Assembly: GCA_964016885.1 (NCBI GenBank)
Contig: OZ024750.1
Location: 36,332,001 to 36,396,000, forward strand
DNA: 64,000 nucleotides
From: Eledone cirrhosa
Lineage: Eukaryota
Direction: 5' to 3'
Within the stretch, counting starts at the first letter, position 1, and each line of letters begins with the position of its first letter. Made by a program: the position numbers and the translations under genes. Shown here piece after piece: positions 1 to 13,629 of the stretch. Below the pieces are notes generated by a model, which searched no databases, was not told where the DNA came from, and was given only the letters and a program-made list of their open reading frames with translations.

Positions 1-42
<42 letters not shown>

Positions 43-343
43 GTATGTGTATATGTATATATATATATGTGTGTGTATGTATGTGTGTATATGTGTGTGT
101 GTGTATATATATGTATGTCTCTCTATTTATATGTATATCTTCGTATCTATGTGGATATATGTGTGTGTGTGCATGTATACACATATATGTGTTTATGTGT
201 ATATGTGTGTATGTATATATATGTGTGTATGCACACACATGTATATGTTAATGTGTATATGTGTGTGTGTGTATATGTATGTGTATATATGTATGTATAT
301 ATATCTATGTGTGTTTATATGTCTATATTCATATGTGTGTGTG

Positions 344-374
<31 letters not shown>

Positions 375-533
375 GTGTATATATATATATATATGTATGT
401 GTATATATATATATATATTATTTATTATTATAATATAACTTATGTGTATGTGTATATGTGAGGGTGTGTATATGTATATGTATGTGTATATATATGTGTA
501 AAAAAATATATATGTGTGCATGTCTGTTTTTTA

Positions 534-564
<31 letters not shown>

Positions 565-1017
565 GTGTATATATTTATATATGTGGGTGTTTGTATGTGT
601 ATTTATGGTTGTATGTGTGTGTGGGTATATGTATATAAGTGTATATGTGTACACACATATATATATATATATATATATGTGAGTATATATATCTCTATTA
701 ATGCGTGTATATATGTATATGTATATGCCTTTTTCTTTGTATATCTGAGTTGGGTGAGGATGTAGTGGTGTTTCTATGTATATACGCATATATGGATGCG
801 TTTGTATTGGTATATATGAGTATATGTAAGTGCGTATGTATGTATGTTTATATATCTAATTCTATGTATGAGTGTATATATGTGTGTATGTATGTTGTGT
901 GTGTATGTATGTATATGTCTATGTGTGTATATATATATGTATGTATGTATGTGTAAGTATCTATGTATATGTATGTATGTACATATATGTCTATGTATGT
1001 GTGTATGTATGTGTATG

Positions 1018-1090
<73 letters not shown>

Positions 1091-1658
1091 TTTTTTTTTT
1101 TTATATATATGTGTGTGTGTGTATGTGTGTTGTGTGTGTGTGTATATATATCTTTGTATATGTGTATGTGTATGTTCGTGTAGGTCTATGTGTGTGTATG
1201 ACTATATATGTATGTGTATGTGTGTATGTGTGTGTGTGTATATATATCTATGTGTGTGTGCATGTATGTATGTGTTTGTATGTGTATGTGTGTATGTGTA
1301 TATGTATATGTATGTATATATATATATGTATATATGTATATATATGTGTATATATATATATGTATATGTTTCTCTATTTGTATATGTATATGTGTATGGG
1401 TATATACCTTTTTCTTTGTATGTCTGAGTTGTGTGAGAGTGTAGTGGTGTTTGTATGTATATACCGATATATAGATGCGTAAGTATTTGTCTCTATGTAT
1501 GTATATATGTCTGTATGTATTTGTGTGTATATATAGGTATGTATGTGTATATCTGTATGTATATATGTAAGTAAGTGTAGGTATATGTGTATGTATGTGT
1601 GTATATATATGTGTGTCTATATAGTATGTGTGATTATATGCGTATGTATGAGTGTATG

Positions 1659-1713
<55 letters not shown>

Positions 1714-1941
1714 ATATATATGTGTATTTATATGTATGTGTGTATTTGTATCTATGTGTGTATATCTATATGTTTATATATGTGTGTGTATGTTATGTTC
1801 TAAGTGGGGATGTGTGTATATGTATGTATGTGTTTGTATATGTGTATGTGTATATGTATATGTGTGTGTGTGTATGTATGTATGTGTATGTATGTATATA
1901 TGTGTATGTATATATATATATAGATATATATATATATATGG

Positions 1942-1973
<32 letters not shown>

Positions 1974-2073
1974 TCTTGATATATTTCTTTTTTCTTTTTT
2001 CTTTTTTCTTTTTCTTCTCTTTCCTTTTTAATGTTTATTTATTATTTATTATTATTTTTTATTTTTTATTTTC
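1..2073. repeat. Compound (TA)n/(TG)n microsatellite tract with an internal degenerate duplication
   Basis: Almost pure TA/TG dinucleotides. The motif CTTTTTCTTTGTAT.TCTGAGTTG.GTGAG..TGTAGTGGTGTTT recurs at about 729 and 1408. The YI/CV ORFs here are artefacts. Confidence 0.95.
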
Positions 2074-2623
2074 TTAGTTTATAGATACATCTATATTAAG
2101 CAGGCAGCCCAAACCGTTGAATACTGACCTCTCCCCCCCCCCATCCCACCTAATTTCTGTATCTTTATCTAAATGTGTGTGCCAGTGTTTATGTGAGTGA
2201 ATTAATATCCATGTGCTTAGGATTTTATATCCACATATATATATGTGAGTGGTGGTGTGTGTGTGTTTGTATGTTTGTAGTTTATGTGTATGTTTATGCA
2301 TATACGCGCGTGTATGTGTGATTGTACGGATATGTGTTAGTATGAAAATATGTGTATACATTTATTTCATATTTATGTATCTATACGCATCTTATCTGTG
2401 CATTATAAACTTACAGAGACATTAACCTTGAAATTTTGTATTTGCATCCATCCTTTTTGTATGAGTATACAGGTTGTGCATACATTTTTTTAAAATATGT
2501 GTAAGGGTTATTACATGTATATACACACACCGAACGGCATTAAACCTTTTGTATTTTCATTGGTCAATTTTGTTCCCAAACGGACCTGAAAGTTTGAATT
2601 GTTGTTATTATCAATAAATATAT

Positions 2624-2777
2624 TTCATTATTTCTGAAGACGGCGTATATATGTGTTGGTATGTATATTTAATCTTGATAGTTTGTATAATTTTGTATAA
2701 TTTTGTACATAGATCTGTTGAATATGCATGCCAACTCTAACACATATATATCCTAGAAACGATCGTTAAATAATGAA
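2624..2777 (+). ncRNA. Type I hammerhead ribozyme motif with long stem II (PLE pLTR remnant)
   Basis: Stem I is TTCATTATTT/AAATAATGAA (10 bp) and the core is CTGAAGA...GAAA. Stem II includes TATATATGTGTT/AACACATATATA, stem III is the palindrome CGATCG, and the cleavage triplet is GUU. The base of stem II is mismatched. Confidence 0.75.
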
Positions 2778-3000
2778 CTTTTTTTGTTTAATATAAGGAA
2801 TTGTTTATTCATTATTTGTTTAATATTTTACATATAAATATATATATAAATATATATATATACATATAAATATATCAATATATATACAAATATATATATA
2901 AATATATCAATATATATACAAATATATATATATATACATATAAATATATATATATATAAATATATTTAAATATATAATATATAAATATATATAATATTTT

Positions 3001-3325
3001 CCTGGATGATCATCCATGGTACTTGCGAGCCACATATGGTCCCTCAAGGACTCAGGCATAGGCTACTCCATCCAATGGAAAGTTATTACTACGTCCAATC
3101 TATACTCATGCGGAAATCCATCTTGTGGACTGTGCATTGAAGAAAGGCTAAATATCCTGTGAAGATTATGCAATAACGATTGCCTAAATCGAGGAATAAA
3201 CTTTTTCCCGTTGTCCACATGGCTGGAAACATCTATTGCATAATTCCAACGCTCCAGGTTGACTAACATCAATAGTCCATAATATTCTGAATAACTTGAA
3301 TAATTTATTCCGGACACCTACATCC
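3001..3325 (+). pseudogene. Penelope-like element GIY-YIG endonuclease C-terminal remnant
   Basis: Manual translation gives SSMVLASHIWSLKDSGIGYSIQWKVITTSNLYSCGNPSCGLCIEERLNIL*RLCNNDCLNR. This aligns with STALSDLIWKLK...YSLVWYII...CKLCLNE in the 53906 ORF. Confidence 0.8.
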
Positions 3326-3940
3326 GCAGGGCTGGATTAATTGGGGGACAAAGGGGGCAATTGCCCTCGTCCCCTTGCTGTGGGGGGCGACAGCCGTTGC
3401 AATTTATTTGTGCCCTCATCTGGGTGCAAATTTAAGTTTCAAGATGGTTAGAATTTTTGAATTTAATATTTGTATGTATAACTTTTCAATTCCAATTACT
3501 TGCGCTAAGCTAACTTTGATATGTAAAATTGGAGGGTTTGCTGTGTATTGTAATTTTTTGGTGTATGAGGGGATCCCAAGATGTAAATCCAACCCTGTGC
3601 ACCCATCACACCTGATGGAGCCAATGGGGTGTTGTTGTGACATACAGCATTACGTGGGCATTTTAGACCTGATAGATCCCATCCCATCTCATCTCCAGGT
3701 TTGAATATAATTACTGATTTCTTCCAGAATATTGATATCTTATATCCTTGCATGTCGTGATGACTAAAAGAGTTAACATCAGGAAGAACACGTTGCTGTA
3801 AAGTATAATGCTTGACATGGGACCCACTAACGCTAACCAGTGAGAAAATGGCCCTAAAACACTTGTATATAAACATAATATCTGTATTCAAATTCAAATT
3901 GTGTGATGAGCAAAAATAAATGTGTGAAATTTTATAATAC

Positions 3941-4655
3941 TTAACCCTTTAGCATTTAATCTGGCCACATCTAGTCAGAATTCTCTCACCTCTTTCTATT
4001 CAAACTGGCCATAACTAGCCACTCATACCGATGTTAAGGTATAGGTCTTAAAATAAATATTTGGCATGGCAATAAAGTCTTTAGAATTGTAGGCTGTGTG
4101 CCATATATAGCAGTAAAGGTAGTTAATATTAGTTGGAATTTGAACTTTGTTGTATGCATGTGATATTCTGTATGAATACTGTATTTTGTATAATTATTTT
4201 GTCATTCTTTTGAGTTTATAATACACGCATCGAACTGCTCAATCCACAAAAGATTTTTTCCAGAGGAGAAGAGTGGCAATGATCAAACAATCACCCTATA
4301 GAGCCGACTTAAATTTGTACGATTGTTGGGTATTAAAGCAACATCTTTGAAAATTTGTTTTTGCTTCGTTACAAGAGGTGATAGACGAATCATTGCACTG
4401 GAACGGTTCCAGAAAGAGTTAAATGCTTTGCATAAACACTGTAAAAATATTATTGCATTCAATGGAGATTATGTTGTGCAGAATAAATAAATTTTAGTTT
4501 CAATATGTTGTGCATTTTCATTTAAAGGGTTATTAAGACTTTATTGTCACACCAAGTAATATCAAAATCTCATAGATTTAATATTATGTGAGATAAATCC
4601 TTTACCGTGAAAATACAATAGTATATATAGAGTAATATAAATGCTAAAGGGTTAA
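3941..4655 (+). mobile_element. piggyBac-like MITE interrupted by a mariner remnant
   Basis: Termini are TTAA-CCCTTTAGCATTT ... AAATGCTAAAGGG-TTAA. The same internal sequence occurs in other copies in the window. Confidence 0.75.
4060..4556 (+). mobile_element. Internally deleted mariner/Tc1 element
   Basis: TA-flanked imperfect TIRs TTTGGCATGGCAATAAAGTCTT / AAGACTTTATTGTCACACCAAG. Decayed transposase C-terminal motifs PYRADL (resembling PYSPDL) and NGDYV are present. Confidence 0.65.
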
Positions 4656-5924
4656 TTACTATTTCTTTACTTTTCAAATAGTTTATAGAGCTATAACAGG
4701 CAATTTGCTTGAACCTTTTGCGGACACAGCATAGTTTGTTTGAGCTCAAAAATAAAAAATATAATACAAAAAATTAAAAATATAATATATATATATATAT
4801 GTGTATATGTGGGATTATCACAGTCTTGAACAGATGATATTGGTTCAACAACCTGAAGCCAGGTAGGCCCTTTAGTTATGCAAGTTGCTGTTTGTTTAAG
4901 CTCTTTACAAACTGCAGCGAGGTGGGCCCTTTATGGACACATCACAATTTATTTGGGTTTTTGGTGTGACTCATACATATGAGACATGCAATAAAAACTA
5001 AAAATTGAAATAGAAAATCCTATTTTAAATACTTTCATCATAATTCATAATTAAATGTGCATTTCTACATTTCTGTTTAAAATATGTTATGACCCCTAGC
5101 AGATCTTTTAAAGCAATATTTCCAAACTGTCTTGAACATGTAGTCTTTGTGAAGAAGGGATGAAAATATTTAATTTAAAAGACCTGAACTTACTTTGATA
5201 ATAATGGAATAAGTAAAGGAGGAATTTAGCTAAGTAAATATGTATCCAAAGTAGCAAAGTTTAAAGTTAAATCTTAAATTCAATATTCAGAAAGATTATT
5301 TGTTTTATTTATAAATAAAATTGGATGTATTGTAAGTCATATTCTTGTCCATCCACCCACTGCTTAAAAAACAGGAATTTTATTTTCATTTTCTACTTGA
5401 GAAGAAGGCAACAAACTGTGATGATATATTTAAGTGAAAATAAAAGTTCTGTAAGATTAACTATAATAAATCTGATTTATGCTTAAGGCTGTCAAATATC
5501 ATTGAAAGCAAAGAGAAAACAAATTGAATTTATATTCTATTTCCCTTCAGTGATTAGTAAGCCAAGAATGAATAGTAAAATATGTGTTTACACTTTCTAA
5601 ACAGAATGTTTTAATGCAAATATACAATACTATAGTGAAATACTTGGCTCCATATATCTGTAAAAAACACACTCTGTTTAGAATGTATGAATATGATGAA
5701 AACTGAGAAGTATTTTAGAAAAGAATTACTGTAGAACTCTTCAGTCTATAAACATTATGATAGACAAGAAGAGAAGAACAGAATCACTATCAGAATTATT
5801 TCTAGCAAGGCTGCACATTTAGTGTAAAGGGAGAACAGTCTATTATATCATCCCCACTGCATGACTTGTACTTAATTATATTTTTTACCCCATGATTCTT
5901 GGGTAATGAGCAACACAATATGTT

Positions 5925-6320
5925 CACGAATACAAGAGGCTGAAATGGGGTTTCTCTGAAGAGTCTTTGGAGTAATGTTACACAGTAGAGTACATGGCTA
6001 GGAGATCAGACAGTCACTCCAGGTAGAGCCACTACTTCTCCAAATGGAAAGATCACAGCTCTGATACTATGGGCATGGAGTTAGAGTGTTTCAGGAAAGA
6101 ATCGCTGGACAGATTTTACGGGCAAAACCATCCAGCAGGATTGGGTAGACCCCGAGAAAGATGATAGGATAACATCCATAAGCTTAGCTGGACTGGCTTG
6201 GGGATCCAGCTGGATCAATTGGAGATGGTTGCTTCTAACAGGACCTGCTGGGATGAGTGTTTGAGGTCTCTGCCCCCATGACCCCCTAAGGAATAACTAG
6301 GTAGAGGAGGAGGAAGGAGA
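5925..6320 (+). mobile_element. Decayed RTE-clade LINE 3' fragment
   Basis: Translates to IQEAEMGFL*RVFGV...EPLLLQMERSQL*YYGH. A related copy lies on the minus strand at 32105-32375. Confidence 0.7.
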
Positions 6321-6390
6321 GCAAAGTTGACTTCAGTGGGATTCAGAATCAAAATGCGAATATTCCCAACTAAATATCAAATGGTATTTT

Positions 6391-6618
6391 GTCAACCACT
6401 CTACCACAACTCAACTGTCAACCACTCTACCACAACTCAACTGTCAACCACTCTACCACAACTCAACTGTCAACCATTCTTCCACAACTCAACTGTCAAC
6501 CACTCTACCACAACTCAACTGTCAACCATTCTTCCACAACTCAACTGTCAACCACTCTACCACAACTCAACTGTCAATCATTCTTCCACAACTAGCTATC
6601 AACCACTTTTTCACAACT
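6391..6618. repeat. 26-bp minisatellite, about 8-9 copies
   Basis: The unit CAACCACTCTACCACAACTCAACTGT alternates with the variant CAACCATTCTTCCACAACTCAACTGT. There are no spacers. Confidence 0.95.
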
Positions 6619-8086
6619 ATATATATAAGTATATACAAGTTGTAAAGTGTTAGGAAAGGCACCCAGCCAAAACAGAGCATTCATGTAGGAGCTAGTCACC
6701 TCACTGGTCTGTCCTTAGCGCATGACAGCTATCTAACTCAGTCAAGCATGAAAAATACATATTAAACAGTGATGATGATGATTATATATATATATCTATC
6801 GCCAATTATATTGTTTCTTTTTCCCTTCTCTCTAGTCTGGTATTTTAAACATTATACACATGCACATGCGCGCACACACTTTATTTAAAGGACTAAATTG
6901 CTGCTGAACTCCATGTCGGTCTATGTATCTATGCATTGCTACTATCCACTTTTTAAACTCTGCATTATCTACCCTTGTTCCTTATATAAACTTCAAGTTT
7001 CAATTAACTTCTTTAACAAAGGAAGCTTGTATGCGATTTCTCTACCTGTGAAATGCCAGCTAAATCTTCCTCAAACCCCATGCTACCATCTCGAATAAAA
7101 GAACTTATGGAATATTATTAAAATTGATACACTATTTGAATAAAATTGAATAAGATGACTTTAGTATGCTCAATCAGAGTTGACCTGGGGCTAAAAATAA
7201 TAACATTTCAATTGGTTATATGAAGAAGAGTAAATTCTTATCTTTATATACAGAAATATAGGCATGTTAACTATTTAAATTCTCCACTGCCTTTTTATCT
7301 GTCGTCCTTTAGGTACTAGTAAAACATTTAAATTGATAAATATCTTAATTTTCATGAAATGCACTGTAAAATGAAGGCAGAATTAAGGAAAAAATACAAC
7401 TATAGAAAAATATGTGTAAATAAATCTACATATAATTATATTAATATATTTATGAATACATGTAAACAAACTGTTATCTATTTCTTCACGAGAAGCATCA
7501 TTGTATATTTTTAGACACTTACACATATGCAAACACATGCATATGTATATATACATACATTCATGCTCAAACACACACACACACAAATACACACATCTGC
7601 ACTCAAACATTGTTACATATATACATACACATGTGCACACACACAAACACCTGCACACATACATGCATGCTCACTTGCACACACACACACACATGCACGC
7701 TCACTTGCACACACACATGCACAAGCACCTGCACACAAACACTCTCTTATATATACACACACTGGTAAAAAAAAAACTGAAATACACCTCCATAATTTTT
7801 GATAGTTTTTAAAATATTTCAATTTATTGTATTCAGTTTTAAAAAGCAGAACTTATATTTTTTCATAACGAAAATGTAATAATAATCAATATTAATAATC
7901 TTTCAAAGTTTTAATCCACTTTAACCATATTACCAGAAAGTTGTTACTATAATGTAGCATTTATATTTTACCATTATTCTTAAAAAGAGTGAGTGGTTAG
8001 TATCATTGAGACCTTGAATAAAATTTCCTTTGATTTAAGTTCAAATCTTGCTCAGTCAACTTTTCTTTTCATCCTACTTGAACACT

Positions 8087-8317
8087 TAACCCTTTACCAT
8101 TTAAACCAGCCATCACTAGCCAGAATTCTCTCATGCCTTTCTTTTCAAACTGGCCATAACTGGCCACTTGTAAAGACGTTAAGGTATTGTAGTCAAAATA
8201 AAATAAAAAATTAAAATCTTGTAGATTTTATATTATGTGAGATAATTATGTAAAATAAAGTCTTTACCACAAAAATACAATAGTATATATAGAGTTATGT
8301 AAATGCTAAAAGGTTAA
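8087..8317 (+). mobile_element. piggyBac-like MITE (further copies at about 17103-17402, 25608-25787, 28030-28226, 34290-34493, 37900-38124)
   Basis: TTAACCCTTTA...TAAAAGGTTAA termini, with a shared body GAATTCTCTCACCTCTTTCTGTTCAAAC...AAAATACAATAGTATATATAGAG. Confidence 0.75.
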
Positions 8318-9105
8318 ATGCCATACCAGTCAAATACATGGGTAAATTTAATTGAATGGGGCTGTCTACCAGGCTACTCAAGCATTGACACAATTGAGAA
8401 TCTTGAGTTGATATAATTGTTTTTGCTCTATTTAACCAACAAGTAATAAACCCCAGACTTGAACCCAATACATTTTTTTCTTCTCATCATATCTACTAAG
8501 TCTTCTTCTGTAAACAATGTATTAAAATTCTGCTTAATTCTTCCGTCCCAGAACTACATCCATTTAAAACTCCTCCTTGCCCTTTATTTTCTAATATCAG
8601 TGTATGCTATGGACCTGTAATTCTTGACGGTGTTGTAGGGGTGCCATATTTAGATATGGCGTTTCTTAGGGAACTTTTAAATTTGGCAGAGCCCATCTCC
8701 TCTCCAGGTCTCTAAATAAAACAGATTTCTCCCAGAGAAGGATAAAGAGTGAGAGAATGGAAATGAGAAAGAGATATAGAGGAAGAATCGACTCCAGTAC
8801 TTGACTGGTACTTTTTTTATTGGCCTCGAGTGGATGAAAGGGAAAGTTGAGCTCAGTGGAGTTTGAACTGAGAGAGCCAGAATGAATACCACAAAGAATT
8901 CTATCCAACATTCTAATGATTCTGCCCATTCCCCACCTATATCTGTGTATAGAAGTTCTAATTAAACAACTACATTAGTCTTAGGCAGCTTGAATAGGTC
9001 TGCTAAGACTTGTACACTCAAACTTTGAATTACTAACACCATCAAATATCTGTGATAGAGTTTTTCTCTTAGTAGAATTGTTTTCCTTACGCTGACATAT
9101 ATAGG

Positions 9106-9531
9106 GAGGCAAATGGCTTAGTGGTTAGAGCATTGGGCCTTGCAATCGAAAGGTTGTGAGTTCAATTCTCAGACCGGGTGATGTGTTGTTTCCTTTATTT
9201 CACATTGCTCCAGTTTACTCAGCTGTAGAAATGAGATGTAGGGACTGGGGTCCCTATCATTCCACTGCAAAGTGGTCGTGGAGGTGCCACGGCAAAAAAG
9301 CACCCAGCCCACACTGTAAAGTGGACGTGTAGGCGCCATGGAAAAAAAGCATCCAGCACTCACTGTAAAGTGGACGTGGAGGTGCCACGGAAAAAAAGCA
9401 CCCAGCACTCACTGTAAATGAGGTTGGTGTTAGGAAGGGCATCCAGCTGTAGAAATCAGGCCAGAATCGGTTCCCGTCCCACCCTTGCAAGCAGGGAAAA
9501 GCGGACGTAAAATTATGATGATAATGATGAT
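9106..9531 (+). mobile_element. tRNA-derived CORE-like SINE with RTE-type tail (family A)
   Basis: A box TGGCTTAGTGG, B box GAGTTCAATTC, about 49-bp internal repeats, tail GTTGGTGTTAGGAAGGGCATCCA...(ATG)n. This copy has part of the CORE-like segment deleted. Confidence 0.85.
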
Positions 9532-10237
9532 GTGTGTATGTGCATATGTATACATTTATATGTATGAGTATATGAATATAAACATTTAAACACAGACACT
9601 GTCTTACAAAAAATACACACTCACACACACATTCACTTCTACTTTCTCTCATACACACACACTTCTTCTTTCTCACATATACTTCTACACTCTCTCTCTC
9701 ACACACAGCACATGTCTACTGATGCCCCTCCCCTTCCTTCCTTTTATACACATACATTCACACAGGCAGCAGATGTAAAGAGAGGAGTAGTATGAGGTAG
9801 TCAAACTACTCCTCTCTCTTTTACATGTTGTGACAGAATCGCAGAAATTTATATATAGATATTGAGGTTGTATGTAATAGTTAATGTAAACCAGTTAATG
9901 GTTACAAACCATTCTCCTTTGACTAAGTAATAATAAAAATAAAAATAAAAATAAAAATAAAAATAAAAACATTTTCATATCATTGTGATCATTGTTTAAC
10001 GTCTATCTTCCAAGCTAACATGGGTTAGACAATTTTGTCCCATTTAGTTGGGTCGGGTGACCGGGTCTCACTCATGTAGGACTGTTTCTGGGTGGTTTTC
10101 TATGGTTGGATTCCCTTCCTAACGCCAGCCACATTTACAGTGTGTGCTGGGTGCTTTTTGTCATGACACCTATATGACCACTTTACAGTGTGGGCTCGAT
10201 GTTTTGTGGTACCAGCATTATATATATATATATATAT

Positions 10238-10583
10238 CATCATCATCATCATCATTTCATTTTACGTCCGCTTTTTCCCTGCTTGCAAGGGTGGGACGGG
10301 AACTGATTCTGGCTTGATTTCTACAGCTGGATGCCCTTCCTAACACCAACCTCATTTACAGTGAGTGCTGGGTGCTTTTTTGCCCTGGCACCTCCACGAC
10401 CACTTTGCAGTGGAATGATCGGGACCCCAGTCCCTATCATCTCATTTCTACAGCTGAGTAAACTGGAGCAATGTGAAATAAAGTGTCTTGCTCAAGGAAA
10501 CAACACATCACCTGGTCTGAGAATTGAACTCACAACCTTTCGATTGCAAGTCCAATGCTCTAACCACTAAGCCTTGTGCCTCC
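10238..10583 (-). mobile_element. SINE family A copy
   Basis: Reverse complement of the 9106 element. It includes CCTTGAGCAAGACACTT...CAGTTTACTCAGCTGTAGAAATGAG, which resembles the MIR CORE domain. Confidence 0.85.
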
Positions 10584-11003
10584 ATTGTGCTTCTATGTAT
10601 ATATATATATATACACATATATATTTGTATCAGTCGAAATAATTTGAAGTTAGTATGACAAGTACTAACTGGAATAACAGGCTTTGGAACCTAAACACAC
10701 ATAAACAAACACATACACATAAACACATCCAAATACACACATGCACAAACACACACACATTCAAACATATGCATACATACATCAACACACGCACAAACAA
10801 AAATACACATGCACATACTCATACAAACATACACATACACACACACATATACTAATACATACACACATATATTTAAGGACCCTAATGTTTAGTGACATGT
10901 AATACTAGAAAAGATCTTGCCACCTGCGCAAGTATGGTAAATTGAACATTAAGATAGCTTTAATGATGGAAGCTGTGAATTAAAATACATTAAAGCTCCA
11001 ATT

Positions 11004-11795
11004 ACTGGAAACTGACTTGGTAGACACCCACAAGATTATTAACCATCTTGCCAACAACAACCCTGAGTACCTTTTTGATTTCCATGTATCTAACACCCAT
11101 GGGCATGCCCACAAAGTCAGAAAACAGCACAGCTCCCATTACTTTCGGAAAACATCTTTTCACACTCAGAATCGCTGAAGCATGGAAAAAACCACCTGCA
11201 CCTGTCGTTAGCTGTCGAGACACTGCATCCTTTAAAACCTCCATGCTCCCCGAAATTCGACAACACTACACCTGATATTTCCTCTTTATGTAGCGAATAC
11301 CCTCCATCAGGCATCTACCATACTCTGAATGCCTTGCTTCCCTGGGCATGGATACATTGAAGCTCCGACATCTGGCAACTGACTTGGTAAACTCCCACAA
11401 GATTATTAACCATCTTGCCAACAACAACCCTGAGTACCTTTTTGATTTCCATGTATCTAACACCCATGGGCATGCCCACAAAGTCAGAAAACAGCACAGC
11501 TCCTATGACTTTCGGAAAACATCTTTTCACACTCAGAATCGCTGAAGCATGGAACAAACTACCTGCACCTGTCGTTAGCTGTCGGGACACTGCATCCTTT
11601 AAAACCTCCATGCTCCCCAAAATTCGACAACACTACACCTAATATTCCCCCTCCATACACACTTATGTGTGTGTGTGAGAATCATGATTCATACACTGTT
11701 CACTTTCCTGACATTATTCTATGTTCTATACATGCACCTTGGATAAGTTGTAGTGCACCTGAGCACTGTGCACAATAATTTTCATTATCATTATT
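11004..11795 (+). mobile_element. CR1/L2-group LINE 3' end with a tandemly duplicated 275-bp segment
   Basis: 11004-11278 closely matches 11372-11645. It encodes THGHAHKVRKQ...FTLRIAEAWNKLPAPVVS and ends in an (ATT)-like tail. Confidence 0.8.
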
Positions 11796-12223
11796 GTTTG
11801 GCAGTATCAATAGAGTGTCAGACACTATGCTTTGCAGCATAGAGTTACAGCCCTTGACGGTCTGAGTTCAAATCTTGCTGAGGTCAACTTAGCCTATAAT
11901 CCTTACAGGGTTGATAAAATAAAGTACCAGTAATGCACTTGGGTAATTGCTGGCCTTGTGCCAAAAAGTAGAAACAATTATTATTTGTTTGGATTGTTTT
12001 ACCCAATATGTCTCGTCTTTGATAACCTCTCCACTCTATTACTTTCTCTTCAAATTCCATCAAGGTTGACTGATCTACCAGTTAAATACTGGGGTTAATA
12101 TAATCAACAACACACCTTAAAATTTATGACATTGTGCTTCTATGTTAGTAAAACTATTATTAGTTTTCTCTGTTTCTACACATCTCTCTTTCTCTCTCTC
12201 TCTCTCACTGTCCCCGCCTTCCT

Positions 12224-12282
<59 letters not shown>

Positions 12283-12914
12283 TTATCTAGTATTAGTCTC
12301 TCCAGTACTTTATCCTCTCTATTACTTCCTCCTCCCCACCTTCTTTGCCATCATTGCATCTTGCCATTACTGTCAAACATACCTGTCAAATTCTAATTCT
12401 GTATTATAATTGTACACACTAATTCACCCCATTAGTTCCTTTCTCTATTTTAATAGTTTTTTCTAATTTGGTTTCACACACAGCTTAAGGTTTTATTGAA
12501 CAATGTTTTGTTAATTGCATTTGGTTGACAGAAACAGCACAAAAGCCTGTTGTGACAAAAAGGTGAAAAATAAACAATACCAGAGAACAACACACAACAG
12601 TAATAGTATACTAGTTTAATGCTTAAAAGAACTTATAAGATAATCTTGACGTTTCAAACACTGGTCTTTCATCAAATATGAAAGCACAGAAAAAAGTGCA
12701 GATTGATTTGGACAGGGAAGAAAAGGAAATCAAATGAGAAAGAAAGGAAAAATGAAAAAAAAATGATAGAGGAAAATAACACTTGGTCAAATGTCAGCAT
12801 CTTAAAGAAATTGGAGGGAAGCTGAAAAAGAAGTTAAGTTAGGCCATAAAGTAGTTAAAAGGGGAGATAAGTAAGAGGAAAATAGGGTATGTGTGTGTGT
12901 ATATATATATATAT

Positions 12915-13260
12915 GGAGGCACATGGCTTAGTGTTTAGAGCATTGGACTTGCAATCGAAAGGTTGTGAGTTCAATTCTCAGACCGGGTGATGTGTTGTTT
13001 CCTTGAGCAAGACACTTTATTTCACATTGCTCCAGTTTACTCAGCTGTAGAAATGAGATGATAGGGACTGGGGTCCCTATCATATCCACTGCAAAGTGGT
13101 TGTGCAGGTGCCACGGCAAAAAAGTACCCTGCACTCACTGTAAATAAGGTTGGTGTTAGGAAGGGCATCCAGCTGTAGAAATCAAGCCAAAATCAGTTCC
13201 CGTCCCACCCTTGCAAGCAGGGAAAAAGCGGACGTAAAATGAAATGATGATGATGATGAT
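12915..13260 (+). mobile_element. SINE family A copy
   Basis: tRNA-like head, CORE-like body and (ATG)n tail, inserted after a (TA)n run. Confidence 0.85.
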
Positions 13261-13629
13261 ATATATATATATATATACACACATCCAGTCCACACTGTAA
13301 AGTGGTCGTGTAGGCACCACGACAAAAAAGCTCCCAGCCCATGCTGTAAATTGGTTGGCGTTAGGAAGGGCATCCAGCCATAGAAAACCAACCCAAGACT
13401 GTCGTATATGAGCGAGACATGGTCACCCAACCCAACTTGCCTCTAAATGGCACAAGCTCATCTAACTTATGCTAGCGTGGAAGATAGATGTTTAAACGAT
13501 GATGCTGAAGATATACAGTATATATATATATATACATATGTGTGTATGTTTAAGTGTGTGTGTTTGTGTATACTCCTACAAATAGTGAAATAAGTACAAT
13601 ATAAGTACAACAAATAATAACAAACATTT

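Noticed and set aside
31-2077. Long Y/I/C/V/M-rich ORFs (also at 13467-14633, 24565-25282 and 56670-58521)
   Set aside because: These are translations of dinucleotide repeats that lack stop codons.
6391-6618. CRISPR-like regular repeat
   Set aside because: The units are contiguous with no unique spacers, the context is eukaryotic and there are no cas genes.
9106-9180. tRNA genes at SINE heads
   Set aside because: A and B boxes are present but there is no proper acceptor stem, and the heads run into the SINE body.
12645-12685. Minus-strand TTGATGA...GAAACGTC motif
   Set aside because: The core C is mutated and there is no convincing stem I.
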